A stretch of DNA of 64,000 nt. Origin: an uncultured bacterium. GTDB lineage: Bacteria > Cyanobacteriota > Vampirovibrionia > Gastranaerophilales > Gastranaerophilaceae. The notes beneath the pieces are model-generated. The model ran no database searches. It saw nothing but the letters and a program-made list of their open reading frames with translations, and had not been told where the DNA came from. The first letter of the stretch is position 1; each line of letters starts with the position of its first letter. The translations under genes and the position numbers were made by a program. The stretch spans positions 72,422-136,421 of the forward strand of contig CABRZP010000003.1 of the NCBI GenBank assembly GCA_902475545.1, written 5' to 3'. This document shows positions 37,364 through 46,498 of this stretch, piece by piece.

Positions 37364-38605
37364 ATGGCTAACATTATTAAAGTATTAAAAGGAACAAAAG
37401 ATATTTTGCCGCAAGATATTGATATGTGGCATTTACTGGAAGAAAAAGCAAATCAAGTTTTTTCTAAATATGGATTTAAAGAAATCAGAACCCCGATAAT
37501 TGAAGTTACTGAACTTTTTTCACGTGGTGTTGGTGATACAACAGATATTGTTAATAAAGAAATGTACACATTTGAAAAAAGTGACCGTTCAATTACATTA
37601 AGACCTGAAAATACAGCAGGAGTAGTTCGTTCATATATCGAAAACGGTATGTCCAGACTGTCTTCTCCTGTAAAACTATGGTACAAAGGTCCGATGTTCC
37701 GTTATGAAAGACCACAGGCAGGAAGACAAAGACAATTCCATCAAGTTGGTGTCGAAATGTTTGGAATTAAAGATGCTACTGCGGATGCGGAAGTTATCCT
37801 TATGGCTGTTAATTACTTAAAAGCACTCGGACTTAATGATTTGGAAGTAGAATTAAATTCTTTAGGATGTCCAAAATGCCGTGACGAATTTAAATCTAAA
37901 CTAAAAGCAGTTTTAAAGCCTTATTTTAACGAATTATGTGAAGACTGCCAAAACAGATATGAAAAAAATCCTTTAAGACTATTAGATTGTAAAGTTGAAG
38001 ATTGTAAAAAGATTTTTGAGAAACCGGAAATTCAAGAAGTTATCAATTCTGATTTTATATGCGAAGATTGTGCTCATCATTATTCAGAATTAAAATTATA
38101 TCTGGATAAAATGGGTGTAAAATATAATGAGAACAAACTTCTTGTAAGAGGTTTAGATTATTATAACCGTACAGTTTTTGAAATCAAATCCAACAATCTT
38201 GGTTCTCAAAATGCAGTATGCGGAGGCGGAAGATATGATGGATTAGTCGGACAGCTTGGCGGAGAACCTACTCCTGCAGTTGGATTTGCAATGGGAATGG
38301 AAAGATTAATTTCATTATTGCCGGCTAAAGAAACAAAAAAATTGGATGGTTACATCGTTTCGAATTACCCGGTAGATGCATTTGTTCTTGCTGAAGAACT
38401 AAGAAGTCAAGGATTAAATGTTGAATTTGATTTAGCTAATAAGAAATTTACAAAACAATTGGAAAAAGCTTCTAAAGTTGCAAAATATGCATTTATACTC
38501 GGAGAAGATGAAATTCTTAAAAATCAAATTTCAATAAAAAATCTTGAACTTGGTAAACAAATAACTGTAGACAGAGCAAATTGCACAAAAATGATTGAAA
38601 TTTAA
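37364..38605 (+). CDS. hisS: Histidine--tRNA ligase
   Basis: Class II motifs: GTKDILP, LRPENTAGVVR, YKGPMFRYERPQAGRQRQFHQ, GGGRYDGL. Confidence 0.96.
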   Translation: MANIIKVLKGTKDILPQDIDMWHLLEEKANQVFSKYGFKEIRTPIIEVTELFSRGVGDTTDIVNKEMYTFEKSDRSITLRPENTAGVVRSYIENGMSRLSSPVKLWYKGPMFRYERPQAGRQRQFHQVGVEMFGIKDATADAEVILMAVNYLKALGLNDLEVELNSLGCPKCRDEFKSKLKAVLKPYFNELCEDCQNRYEKNPLRLLDCKVEDCKKIFEKPEIQEVINSDFICEDCAHHYSELKLYLDKMGVKYNENKLLVRGLDYYNRTVFEIKSNNLGSQNAVCGGGRYDGLVGQLGGEPTPAVGFAMGMERLISLLPAKETKKLDGYIVSNYPVDAFVLAEELRSQGLNVEFDLANKKFTKQLEKASKVAKYAFILGEDEILKNQISIKNLELGKQITVDRANCTKMIEI

Positions 38606-38606
38606 G

Positions 38607-38924
38607 TTACTCATAAAGCGATGTAACTAATTTGTAAATAGTTTTGAACTCTTCATCTGAACTATTTGCAATAATATTATGCAATTTTTCTTCAAGAAAC
38701 ATTCTGGGTTGTTGATGTTCCAACTTCAATAACTCACAAATATCCATATTAAAAACTACTGCATATTTATCTAAAAGATCAGAGGATGGAAAATTTCTGC
38801 CATTTTCAATACAACTTTGATGTTTCGGATCAATAGAAACCTGTTCAGCGAGTTGTGATTGTGTCATTTTGCAATGTGTTCTCAGCTCTTTTATTCTCAA
38901 GCCTAATAGTTTTTTCAGATTCAT
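38607..38924 (-). CDS. XRE family HTH transcriptional regulator
   Basis: LGLRIKELRTHCKMTQSQLAEQVSIDPKHQSCIENGRNFPS is a typical HTH_3 sequence. Confidence 0.85.
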   Translation of the reverse strand: MNLKKLLGLRIKELRTHCKMTQSQLAEQVSIDPKHQSCIENGRNFPSSDLLDKYAVVFNMDICELLKLEHQQPRMFLEEKLHNIIANSSDEEFKTIYKLVTSLYE

Positions 38925-39164
38925 AATACCTCTTTTTAAAGAGTTTAATTTATGCTGACAAAAATTAAAACTATATAATTTATAGTCTATATTGACATAA
39001 ATCTATATTTAATGTAATTAATCATATATAAAAATAGAATATCGACCATAAATTCTATTTTTAATATAGAAAAATTTTAAATTACGATTGTGGATATACC
39101 TAACCGGATAAGTTCATTTCAAATTCACAAAGTAATGTAAACAAATATAATAAAGGTGAATAGA

Positions 39165-40013
39165 ATGGATAAGATTAAAGTTTCAATAATTATACCAGTG
39201 TACAATGTAGAAAAATATCTTGCAAAATGCTTAGATAGTATTATTAACCAAACATTAAAAGATATTGAAATTATATGCGTAAATGACGGTTCTACTGATA
39301 ATTCACTCGAAATTTTGACAGATTATGCAATATCAGACTCAAGAGTTATTATAATTAATCAAAAAAATGCAGGATTATCTGCGGCACGAAATACAGGAAT
39401 AGATGCAGCAACAGGAGAATATATCGGATTTGTAGATTCTGACGACTGGGTTGATACCAATTTTTATGAAAATTTATATAATGAAGCTGTTAATAATCAA
39501 TGTGATATTGCTGTTGCAGGAATAATACGGCATTATAAACAACAAAACATTTATGATTTGAAATTTATAAATTCTCAAATCTCTGATAATTTAAATTCGA
39601 AATTTAAACTCTCTGACACACCTGATTGTTCGTATGTTTGGAATAAAATTTATAAAACTGCAAAAATAAAAGAACATAACTTAAAATTCCCTGTTGGAAA
39701 ATATTATGAAGATCAGTATTTTACCCCTTTGGCTTTTTTGAAATCTGACAAGCTGATTACTGTTCCAGAAATATTTTACCATTACCGCAGGCATTCAAAT
39801 TCAATTGTAAAAAAGACAAAAAATAATGAAAAGTTATTAAGAGATAGCGTTGAGGCAAAAACTTTTATAAGTAATTTTATTTCAAAATATAATATAAATA
39901 TTTCTCACAAAAAACAAGAAAAAAAATATAAAATATTTGGACTAACAATTTTAAAAACAATAAAAAAAGAAAATAAACAAAAAAATATTTTATTAAATTG
40001 TATAGAGTGGTAA
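39165..40013 (+). CDS. Family 2 glycosyltransferase
   Basis: VSIIIPVYNVEKYLAKCLDSIINQTLKDIEIICVNDGSTDNS...FVDSDD are canonical GT2 motifs. The ORF track opens at GTG 39156. Confidence 0.9.
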   Translation: MDKIKVSIIIPVYNVEKYLAKCLDSIINQTLKDIEIICVNDGSTDNSLEILTDYAISDSRVIIINQKNAGLSAARNTGIDAATGEYIGFVDSDDWVDTNFYENLYNEAVNNQCDIAVAGIIRHYKQQNIYDLKFINSQISDNLNSKFKLSDTPDCSYVWNKIYKTAKIKEHNLKFPVGKYYEDQYFTPLAFLKSDKLITVPEIFYHYRRHSNSIVKKTKNNEKLLRDSVEAKTFISNFISKYNINISHKKQEKKYKIFGLTILKTIKKENKQKNILLNCIEW

Positions 40014-40025
40014 GGGAGAAATAGA

Positions 40026-40811
40026 ATGATTCCAAAAATAATTCACTACGTATGGGTTGGAGACAAACCTAAGTCAGATTTGGTTTTAAAATGTATTGAT
40101 AGTTGGAAAAAGTTTTGTCCCGATTACGAAATTATCGAATGGGGTAATGATAAAATAAAAGACTTTGATAATTTATATTTACAACAGGCTTTTGAGAATA
40201 AAAAATGGGCATTTGTATCTGATTATATAAGATTGCATGCCCTAAAACATTATGGTGGATTATATTTTGATACAGATTTAGAAATCACAAATTCGTTGGA
40301 CAAATTTTTAAATTTGCAATTTTTCAGCGGTTTTGAAGATTATCATGGTGTATACTCTCCCATTACTGCAATTATGGGTGCCGAAAGAGATCAAAAAATT
40401 ATTTGTGATTTATTAGATGAATATAAAAATATTCCATTTATAAAAAATGGGGTTTGTAATCAAACAACAAACACTGCACGAATAACTAAATATTTTGAAA
40501 AGAATTTCAATATTTCGTCTCCTTACAATCCCAATGAAACTATTAAATTGACAGATGAATGTATAATATACCCGTCATATTATTTTTGTGTTCCTCAAAA
40601 TAATAAACAAAACTATTCAATTCATCATTTTAACGGTTCATGGCTTGATGCATATAAAAGAACGATTATTTTTTCAGTTGGAAACTATAGAATTGCAAAA
40701 TTCAGCAAACGAAAAAATGAACCGGAGGCAGCATTACCTCTGCTCAAAAATGAAAAAATCCTATTTCAATTTAGATTTCTAAAATATAAAATCTGCCTGA
40801 TAAAATACTAA
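40026..40811 (+). CDS. GT32-type glycosyltransferase (sugar-binding DXD family, OCH1/MIPC-like)
   Basis: IPKIIHYVWVG, FVSDYIRLHALKHYGGLYFDTDLE (DXD motif DTD). Confidence 0.85.
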   Translation: MIPKIIHYVWVGDKPKSDLVLKCIDSWKKFCPDYEIIEWGNDKIKDFDNLYLQQAFENKKWAFVSDYIRLHALKHYGGLYFDTDLEITNSLDKFLNLQFFSGFEDYHGVYSPITAIMGAERDQKIICDLLDEYKNIPFIKNGVCNQTTNTARITKYFEKNFNISSPYNPNETIKLTDECIIYPSYYFCVPQNNKQNYSIHHFNGSWLDAYKRTIIFSVGNYRIAKFSKRKNEPEAALPLLKNEKILFQFRFLKYKICLIKY

Positions 40812-40887
40812 TAATATCTTGATTTTTTCAAAAATTTACTGTATAATACCAAACTGTAACCAGTATTTAAGGGGTAAACAAAGTATT

Positions 40888-41076
40888 ATGACAGAAAAAG
40901 TTACTATTCGTTCAGACAGAAATTCAGATTACAAATTTATGTACAAAGGTGAAGAAGTAGTTCTTGGTGCCGGAAAAATTATTGGTATTGCTGATGGCTT
41001 AGAACATGTTGTTCTTCCAACTTGTGCTATGAAAATTGTGAATAATTTAATTGTTATTAAAGACGATGTAAAATAA
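40888..41076 (+). CDS. Small hypothetical protein (62 aa)
   Basis: ORF followed by a strong terminator. Start uncertain (the ORF track opens at 40819). No recognised domain. Confidence 0.4.
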   Translation: MTEKVTIRSDRNSDYKFMYKGEEVVLGAGKIIGIADGLEHVVLPTCAMKIVNNLIVIKDDVK

Positions 41077-41101
41077 ACTTACATAATAAAAGCATATTTT
41101 G

Positions 41102-41129
41102 AAGACCGGAAAAACCGGTCTTTTGTTTT
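41102..41129 (+). terminator. Rho-independent terminator
   Basis: AAGACCGG-AAAAA-CCGGTCTT followed by TTGTTTT. Confidence 0.7.
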
Positions 41130-41162
41130 ATGATATAATCTTTTCAAATAAGGAGAATTTAT

Positions 41163-41546
41163 ATGAAATTATTACATACAATGATTAGAGTTAAAGATAT
41201 AGAAGCAAGTTTGAAATTTTATACAGAACTTCTGAATATGAAATTAGACAAGAAGAAACGCCTTGATGATTGCTGGCTTTATTTCTTAAACGATGAAGAA
41301 GGAACAACTCAATTAGAGCTAACTTATAATGATGAAACTCCTGAACTTGGCTATAATTTAGGTCAAGGTTTCGGACATTTTGCATTTTCTGTCGAGTCTC
41401 TGGATAAATTCACGGAAAAACTTCATTCATTGGGATATGAATACCTATATGAACCATTTGATTTAAACGGAAAAGGAACAAAAATCGCATTTGTTCAAGA
41501 TCCTGACGGATACGAAATAGAATTGATTGAAAAAGTTGTATGGTAA
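41163..41546 (+). CDS. gloA: Lactoylglutathione lyase (glyoxalase I)
   Basis: LLHTMIRVKDIEASLKFYTELLNM...LELTYN...GHFAFSV...FVQDPDGYEIELIE. Confidence 0.88.
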   Translation: MKLLHTMIRVKDIEASLKFYTELLNMKLDKKKRLDDCWLYFLNDEEGTTQLELTYNDETPELGYNLGQGFGHFAFSVESLDKFTEKLHSLGYEYLYEPFDLNGKGTKIAFVQDPDGYEIELIEKVVW

Positions 41547-41685
41547 TATTATTTAAATATTAAGAATAATATTTCATTGCAAGTATATACAATCTTTACA
41601 TAATTTAATTTATTTACAACAAAATAAAGTGATTGTATTATTATATATAGTGAAGATATGATGAAGATTTCTTTCGGAGGCTAAG

Positions 41686-43005
41686 TTGGTAGAAAGATTT
41701 TATATAAAAGGCGGAACCCCACTAAAAGGTGAAGTACAAATAGGCGGAGCTAAGAATTCAGTATTAAAACTTATGGCGGCTGCAATTCTGGCTAAAGGCG
41801 AATCAAAAATTTATAATGTTCCTGATTTAACAGATGTTGAGATTATGCTTAGCGTTATCGCTCAATTAGGTGCAAAAACAAGTTATAATAAAGAAGAAAA
41901 ATCATTAACAATAGATGCTACTGATATTACTAATATAACTGCAAGTTATGAATTAGTAAGTAAAATGAGAGCATCTTTTATTGTTTTAGGTGCATTAGTT
42001 TCACGTTGTCGTGAAGCTCGAGTTGCTTTACCTGGCGGATGTGCTATCGGAGAAAGAAGAGTTGATTTCCACATTCGCGGACTTGAAGCTCTTGGTGCTA
42101 AAATCAAAATTGAAAGCGGTTATGTACACGCTAAAGCAAGTAAACTTGTAGGTTCAGATGTATATTTGGATATCCCTTCTGTAGGTGCAACTGAAAATAT
42201 TATGTTGGCATCAGTTTTAGCAGAAGGCTCAACAAGAATTCAAAACGCAGCACAAGAACCTGAAATCGTTGATCTTGCAAACTTCTTAAATACTATGGGA
42301 GCTGATATTTCAGGTGCCGGAACTTCTGAAATTATTATTAACGGTGTAAAACAATCTGATTTACATCCGATTGAATATACAACAATTCCGGACAGAATTG
42401 AAGCCGGAACATTTATGACAGCAATCATTGCAACTAAAGGAAAAGGTATTATAAAAAATATATATCCTGCACACTTGACATTCTTTACCGATAAATTGTT
42501 AAAGATGGGGGCAAATATAAAACTTCTTGACCCGACATCAATGGAAGTAAGCTGTAAAAACAGATTGAACTCTATAAATTTTGTAACTCAGCCATATCCG
42601 GGCTTCCCGACAGACTTACAGTCAATGGCTATGACCCTTTTGACCACAGCAAATGGTGTTGGTATTATTACAGAAAGTTTGTACGAAAACAGATTTATGC
42701 AGGTTCCTGATTTGAATAGAATGGGTGCAGATATTCACCAAGACAGAAACCACGCAATTATTAAAGGTGTTAAAAAACTTTCCGGAGCTATCTTAACAGC
42801 AAGTGATTTGAGAGCCGGTGCATCTTTAGTTGTAGCAGCGTTAATGGCTGACGGAAATTCTGTCGTTGAAAAACTACATCATATAGATAGAGGATACGAA
42901 AATTTCGAAAGTAAGATAAGATTGTTAGGAGGGAAAATAGAACGTAAAAACGAAGATTTCCCATCAAACCTAACGGAGGGTACACATAATGAGTCCTACT
43001 TATAA
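41686..43005 (+). CDS. murA: UDP-N-acetylglucosamine 1-carboxyvinyltransferase
   Basis: GGAKNSVLKLMAAAILA, catalytic LPGGCAIGERRVDFH, FPGFPTDLQ. TTG start with a GGAGG RBS. Confidence 0.96.
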   Translation: MVERFYIKGGTPLKGEVQIGGAKNSVLKLMAAAILAKGESKIYNVPDLTDVEIMLSVIAQLGAKTSYNKEEKSLTIDATDITNITASYELVSKMRASFIVLGALVSRCREARVALPGGCAIGERRVDFHIRGLEALGAKIKIESGYVHAKASKLVGSDVYLDIPSVGATENIMLASVLAEGSTRIQNAAQEPEIVDLANFLNTMGADISGAGTSEIIINGVKQSDLHPIEYTTIPDRIEAGTFMTAIIATKGKGIIKNIYPAHLTFFTDKLLKMGANIKLLDPTSMEVSCKNRLNSINFVTQPYPGFPTDLQSMAMTLLTTANGVGIITESLYENRFMQVPDLNRMGADIHQDRNHAIIKGVKKLSGAILTASDLRAGASLVVAALMADGNSVVEKLHHIDRGYENFESKIRLLGGKIERKNEDFPSNLTEGTHNESYL

Positions 43006-43324
43006 ACGTTGGTACGATCATGACCCATTATTATTAGAAGTAATTGAGCTTTTGAGAAATTATCAAACTGAATTAAGAGCTCAAGCAGAAATATTTTTGC
43101 AAAAAATTGAAGAAAAAGTTTCAAAAGAAACAATTGATAAATTTTATGCTATGGTTAAGCCTGTAAATGCAAATAATCGTTGGTATGATAAAGATCCTGT
43201 TATCTCCAGAACGGTAGAAATTTTGAGAATTGTTCCACCTGAAGCTCAACGTATTTGTGCCCAAAATTTTATTAAAACATTAAAGGAAATGGGGATCGAA
43301 TACGAAAGTCCAAATGTAAAATAA
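42989..43324 (+). CDS. Hypothetical protein with an internal RWYDxDP...(I/V)E(L/I)LR duplication
   Basis: 111 aa. Overlaps the murA 3' end by 17 nt. The two repeats are KRWYDHDPLLLEVIELLR and NRWYDKDPVISRTVEILR. Confidence 0.6.
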   Translation: MSPTYKRWYDHDPLLLEVIELLRNYQTELRAQAEIFLQKIEEKVSKETIDKFYAMVKPVNANNRWYDKDPVISRTVEILRIVPPEAQRICAQNFIKTLKEMGIEYESPNVK

Positions 43325-43350
43325 GTTGAAATAGTGTAGTGGGAAAATAA

Positions 43351-43381
43351 AAAGAACTCTGATAAATTCAGGGTTCTTTTT
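43351..43381 (+). terminator. Rho-independent terminator
   Basis: 12-bp stem AAAGAACTCTGA / TCAGGGTTCTTT with a T-run. A second hairpin (AGCCCGTAC..GTACAGGCT, about 43392-43421) probably serves the convergent OMF gene. Confidence 0.7.
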
Positions 43382-43454
43382 ATTATAATGAGAAGCCCGT
43401 ACATTATTCGTACAGGCTTTTAGTAAGTAAAAATATGATTAAGATTTAGTGTAT

Positions 43455-44855
43455 TTATAACTGTGTTCCAACCGCTTTGTACAATCCAATGTAATCAACA
43501 AGGCAGTTAATTTTATCGTTTACAACTTGCTTATCTGTAAATAAAACATTTTCTTTTACTTGAATTAAATCAAGTTTAGAAATTGTTCCTTGATTATATT
43601 TCTGAGTGCTGTAACCAAAATCTTGTCTTTCAAGTTTTGCTTGTTTCTCGGTATCTGTAAATTTTTGATGATCAAGTTTTATTGAAACCATTGCATCATT
43701 TACTTCTTGAATTGCAGTAAGATTTGTTTTTCTATAATTATTTAAAATTCTTTCATATTCATCTTTTTTCATTCTAAGATTAGCAACTCTTCTGCCGCCT
43801 GTAAATATTGGAAGATTAAGCCCGCCGCCAAGCATTGCCAGTGCATTTTTAGTAGTAAATACACTTCCTAAATCGTTGGCTAAGAAAAACGCAACCCCCA
43901 TAAGATTAACTGATGGTAAAAATTCTTTTTTAGCAACCCTGACATTTATACCTGCTTTTTCAACCATTTTTTCTGCTCTGATGTAATCAGGTCGTGTTAC
44001 AATAACTTCTGACGAAATTTCAGATGGAATATTACCGGAAAAATGAATATCGTCAAAACTTGTTCTAGTTAAAGATTCAGCTTTATTCGGATTTTCACCA
44101 AGCAATACACATAATTGATTTAATAATTTTGTTCTTTGCTTTTTATATTCTGTTAAATCTGTATTACCTGCAATATATGATTTATTTGCTTTTACAGTAT
44201 CAGCTGTAGAAGTTAAACCTTCTTTATTTCTTGCTAACATTAAATCGTAAATTGTTTTTCTATCCTGAACGATTTCTTCTTGCAAAGCAATCATTTTATC
44301 CAATTTAACAATATTAAAATAAGTAGTTCCAACAGCAGATGCAATTGAAATATATGCGGCACGCTCGTCTTGCAAAGAAGCTTCGTAATCTTTCTTAGAA
44401 GCTTTTGTTTTATCTCTGTTTTTCAGGAATAAATCCAATTCATAACTGGCAAAAGCCGGAACTGAAAATCCCCAGTCAGAGCTTGATGAATACGGCATTT
44501 TTGAATAACCGGCACCCGCCCCAAGATTAGCTGATGGAAGTTCATTTGCAAATTGAATTTTTACTGCTTGATAATATTCATCAACAGCAATAGTTGCCAT
44601 TTTTAAATCGTAATTGTTTTTTATTGCGGTATCAATATAACCGTTCAAAATATCATCATTGAAATTTTTCCACCAATCATAGTTAATATATTCATATTTG
44701 AAAACATCGCTTTTTGCTCTTTGCTTATGAGTTTTTGTTATTGAAACTTTTTTAGGTTCTTTTATATCTTTGTTTCCTATAGCAAGACATGCTGCAGGAG
44801 AAATATTTGTCAAAATAAAACTTGCCAATAATAATGTAGCTATACTCTTTTTCAA
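43455..44855 (-). CDS. Outer-membrane efflux lipoprotein (NodT/OprM outer membrane factor family)
   Basis: Signal peptide with lipobox LTNISPAAC. 466 aa with two OEP-like helical repeats. Confidence 0.85.
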   Translation of the reverse strand: MKKSIATLLLASFILTNISPAACLAIGNKDIKEPKKVSITKTHKQRAKSDVFKYEYINYDWWKNFNDDILNGYIDTAIKNNYDLKMATIAVDEYYQAVKIQFANELPSANLGAGAGYSKMPYSSSSDWGFSVPAFASYELDLFLKNRDKTKASKKDYEASLQDERAAYISIASAVGTTYFNIVKLDKMIALQEEIVQDRKTIYDLMLARNKEGLTSTADTVKANKSYIAGNTDLTEYKKQRTKLLNQLCVLLGENPNKAESLTRTSFDDIHFSGNIPSEISSEVIVTRPDYIRAEKMVEKAGINVRVAKKEFLPSVNLMGVAFFLANDLGSVFTTKNALAMLGGGLNLPIFTGGRRVANLRMKKDEYERILNNYRKTNLTAIQEVNDAMVSIKLDHQKFTDTEKQAKLERQDFGYSTQKYNQGTISKLDLIQVKENVLFTDKQVVNDKINCLVDYIGLYKAVGTQL

Positions 44856-44918
44856 TGTTTTATATCCTCTTAAAAATATCTACTTGCATTTTATATATCA
44901 GTATGATAACATAATATT

Positions 44919-44932
44919 GTTGCAAATGCAAC
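44919..44932. promoter_or_regulatory. Inverted repeat GTTGCA-AA-TGCAAC (candidate MarR operator) in the divergent OMF/marR promoter region
   Basis: 6-2-6 inverted repeat 41 nt upstream of the marR start. Confidence 0.4.
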
Positions 44933-44972
44933 ACATAATTTTTACAACATAGAGAAAATTCTAAACCATAAG

Positions 44973-45434
44973 ATGTATAAATATCAGCACTACACAGATT
45001 CAATATTTTATCAATTCGAGCAAACTGCAAAGTATTGCCGTTTTTTAGGTGCTCAAGTTTTTCAAAAATTAAATATGCCAGTAACACCTGATGAATTTTA
45101 TGCCTTGGATGTTATTATGTTAAATAATAATATTTGTCAAAGAGAACTTGCAAAAATGATTTTGAAGGATAGGCCAAATACCGGAAGAATTTTAGATTCT
45201 CTTGAATCAAAAGGATACATTAAACGCTTTGCTGACACAAAAAATAACAGACTTGTACGTAGAATGAAGATAACATCAGAAGGAATTAGAGTGACGGAAG
45301 AAACCTCCGCAAAACTAAGAGAATATATCAGTAATATCCCTAAAATATTCTCAGATGAAGATAAAGATTTATTAAGAAGTTTAATTATAAAATTTAGAGA
45401 AAGTTTAGAACTACAAGTAGAAATGAAAATATAA
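44973..45434 (+). CDS. marR: MarR family transcriptional regulator
   Basis: TPDEFYALDVIMLNNNICQRELAKMILKDRPNTGRILDSLESKGYIKRFADTKNNR is a winged-HTH MarR pattern. Confidence 0.88.
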   Translation: MYKYQHYTDSIFYQFEQTAKYCRFLGAQVFQKLNMPVTPDEFYALDVIMLNNNICQRELAKMILKDRPNTGRILDSLESKGYIKRFADTKNNRLVRRMKITSEGIRVTEETSAKLREYISNIPKIFSDEDKDLLRSLIIKFRESLELQVEMKI

Positions 45435-45445
45435 GAGGTTAAAAC

Positions 45446-46450
45446 ATGGAAGAGAAAATTCAAGAACAAGAAGTTATTGAAGAAACACAAAACAAAAAAC
45501 CAAAAGGAAGAAAAAGAAAAATAGCTATAGGTATTGTTGCTATTGCAGCAATTCTTTCAGGATTTTATATTGCTCATGAAATGCAATACCAATCAACAGA
45601 TGATGCCTACGTTGAAACAACAACAGTGAATGTTGCTCCTCGTGTATCAGGACAAATAGCAGAAGTTTACGTAAAAGATAACCAACACGTAAATGAAGGC
45701 GATTTAGTTGCAGTTATTGATGCTGACGATTACAAAATCAAATTAGAACAAGCAGATTCTACTTATGAAAAAATTAAATTAGATCAATCAAATGCTAAAG
45801 CTAATCTTGTAGCTGCAGAATCTAATATTGCCCTTGCCAAAAAAGATTTAGAAAGATATAGAAAACTTTATGAACAAGGTGCAGTTTCAAAACAAACTTT
45901 TGATGCGGCTCAAGTCAAATATGATGATGCTCAAGCTAGTTTAACCCAGGCAAATCAGGCTTTATTTTCAGAAAACGGTAAAACCGTTGCCGATGCAAAC
46001 TTAAGAACAGCAAAAGCTGCAAAAGATAAAGCTGCACTTGACCTATCTTACACAAAAATCTATGCACCACAAGCTGGAACAGTTTCATCCAGAAGAGTTG
46101 AAAAAGGAATGTATGTAACAGCAGGAGCTCCATTATTTACTCTTGTACCTGAAGAAGTTTGGATTGTTGCAAATTTCAAAGAAAACCAATTAACAAATAT
46201 GAAACCGGGTCAACCTGTTGAAATTAAAATTGATACATATCCAAATAAAAAATTCAAAGGGAAAATTGACAGTATTCAAAGAGCATCAGGGGCTAAATCA
46301 AGTTTATTCCCACCTGAAAATGCTGTAGGCTCGTTTGTAAAAATTGTACAAAGAATTCCTGTAAAAATTGTATTTACTGAAAATATAAATCCAAATGAAT
46401 ACAACATAGTTCCGGGAATGTCAGTAGTTCCAAAAGTTAAAGTTAAATAG
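45446..46450 (+). CDS. emrA: HlyD/EmrA family membrane fusion protein
   Basis: N-terminal TM, QSTDDAYVETTTVNVAPRVSGQIAEVYVKDNQHV, coiled coil, YTKIYAPQAGTVS. Confidence 0.9.
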   Translation: MEEKIQEQEVIEETQNKKPKGRKRKIAIGIVAIAAILSGFYIAHEMQYQSTDDAYVETTTVNVAPRVSGQIAEVYVKDNQHVNEGDLVAVIDADDYKIKLEQADSTYEKIKLDQSNAKANLVAAESNIALAKKDLERYRKLYEQGAVSKQTFDAAQVKYDDAQASLTQANQALFSENGKTVADANLRTAKAAKDKAALDLSYTKIYAPQAGTVSSRRVEKGMYVTAGAPLFTLVPEEVWIVANFKENQLTNMKPGQPVEIKIDTYPNKKFKGKIDSIQRASGAKSSLFPPENAVGSFVKIVQRIPVKIVFTENINPNEYNIVPGMSVVPKVKVK

Positions 46451-46457
46451 TTAAAAA

Positions 46458-46485
46458 AGGAGTGGTTTTTCACTCCTCTTTTTTA
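46458..46485 (+). terminator. Intra-operon hairpin with T-run between emrA and emrB (attenuator or partial terminator)
   Basis: AAGGAGTG-GTTTTT-CACTCCT followed by CTTTTTT. Confidence 0.45.
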
Positions 46486-46498
46486 GAAGGTATTTAAA

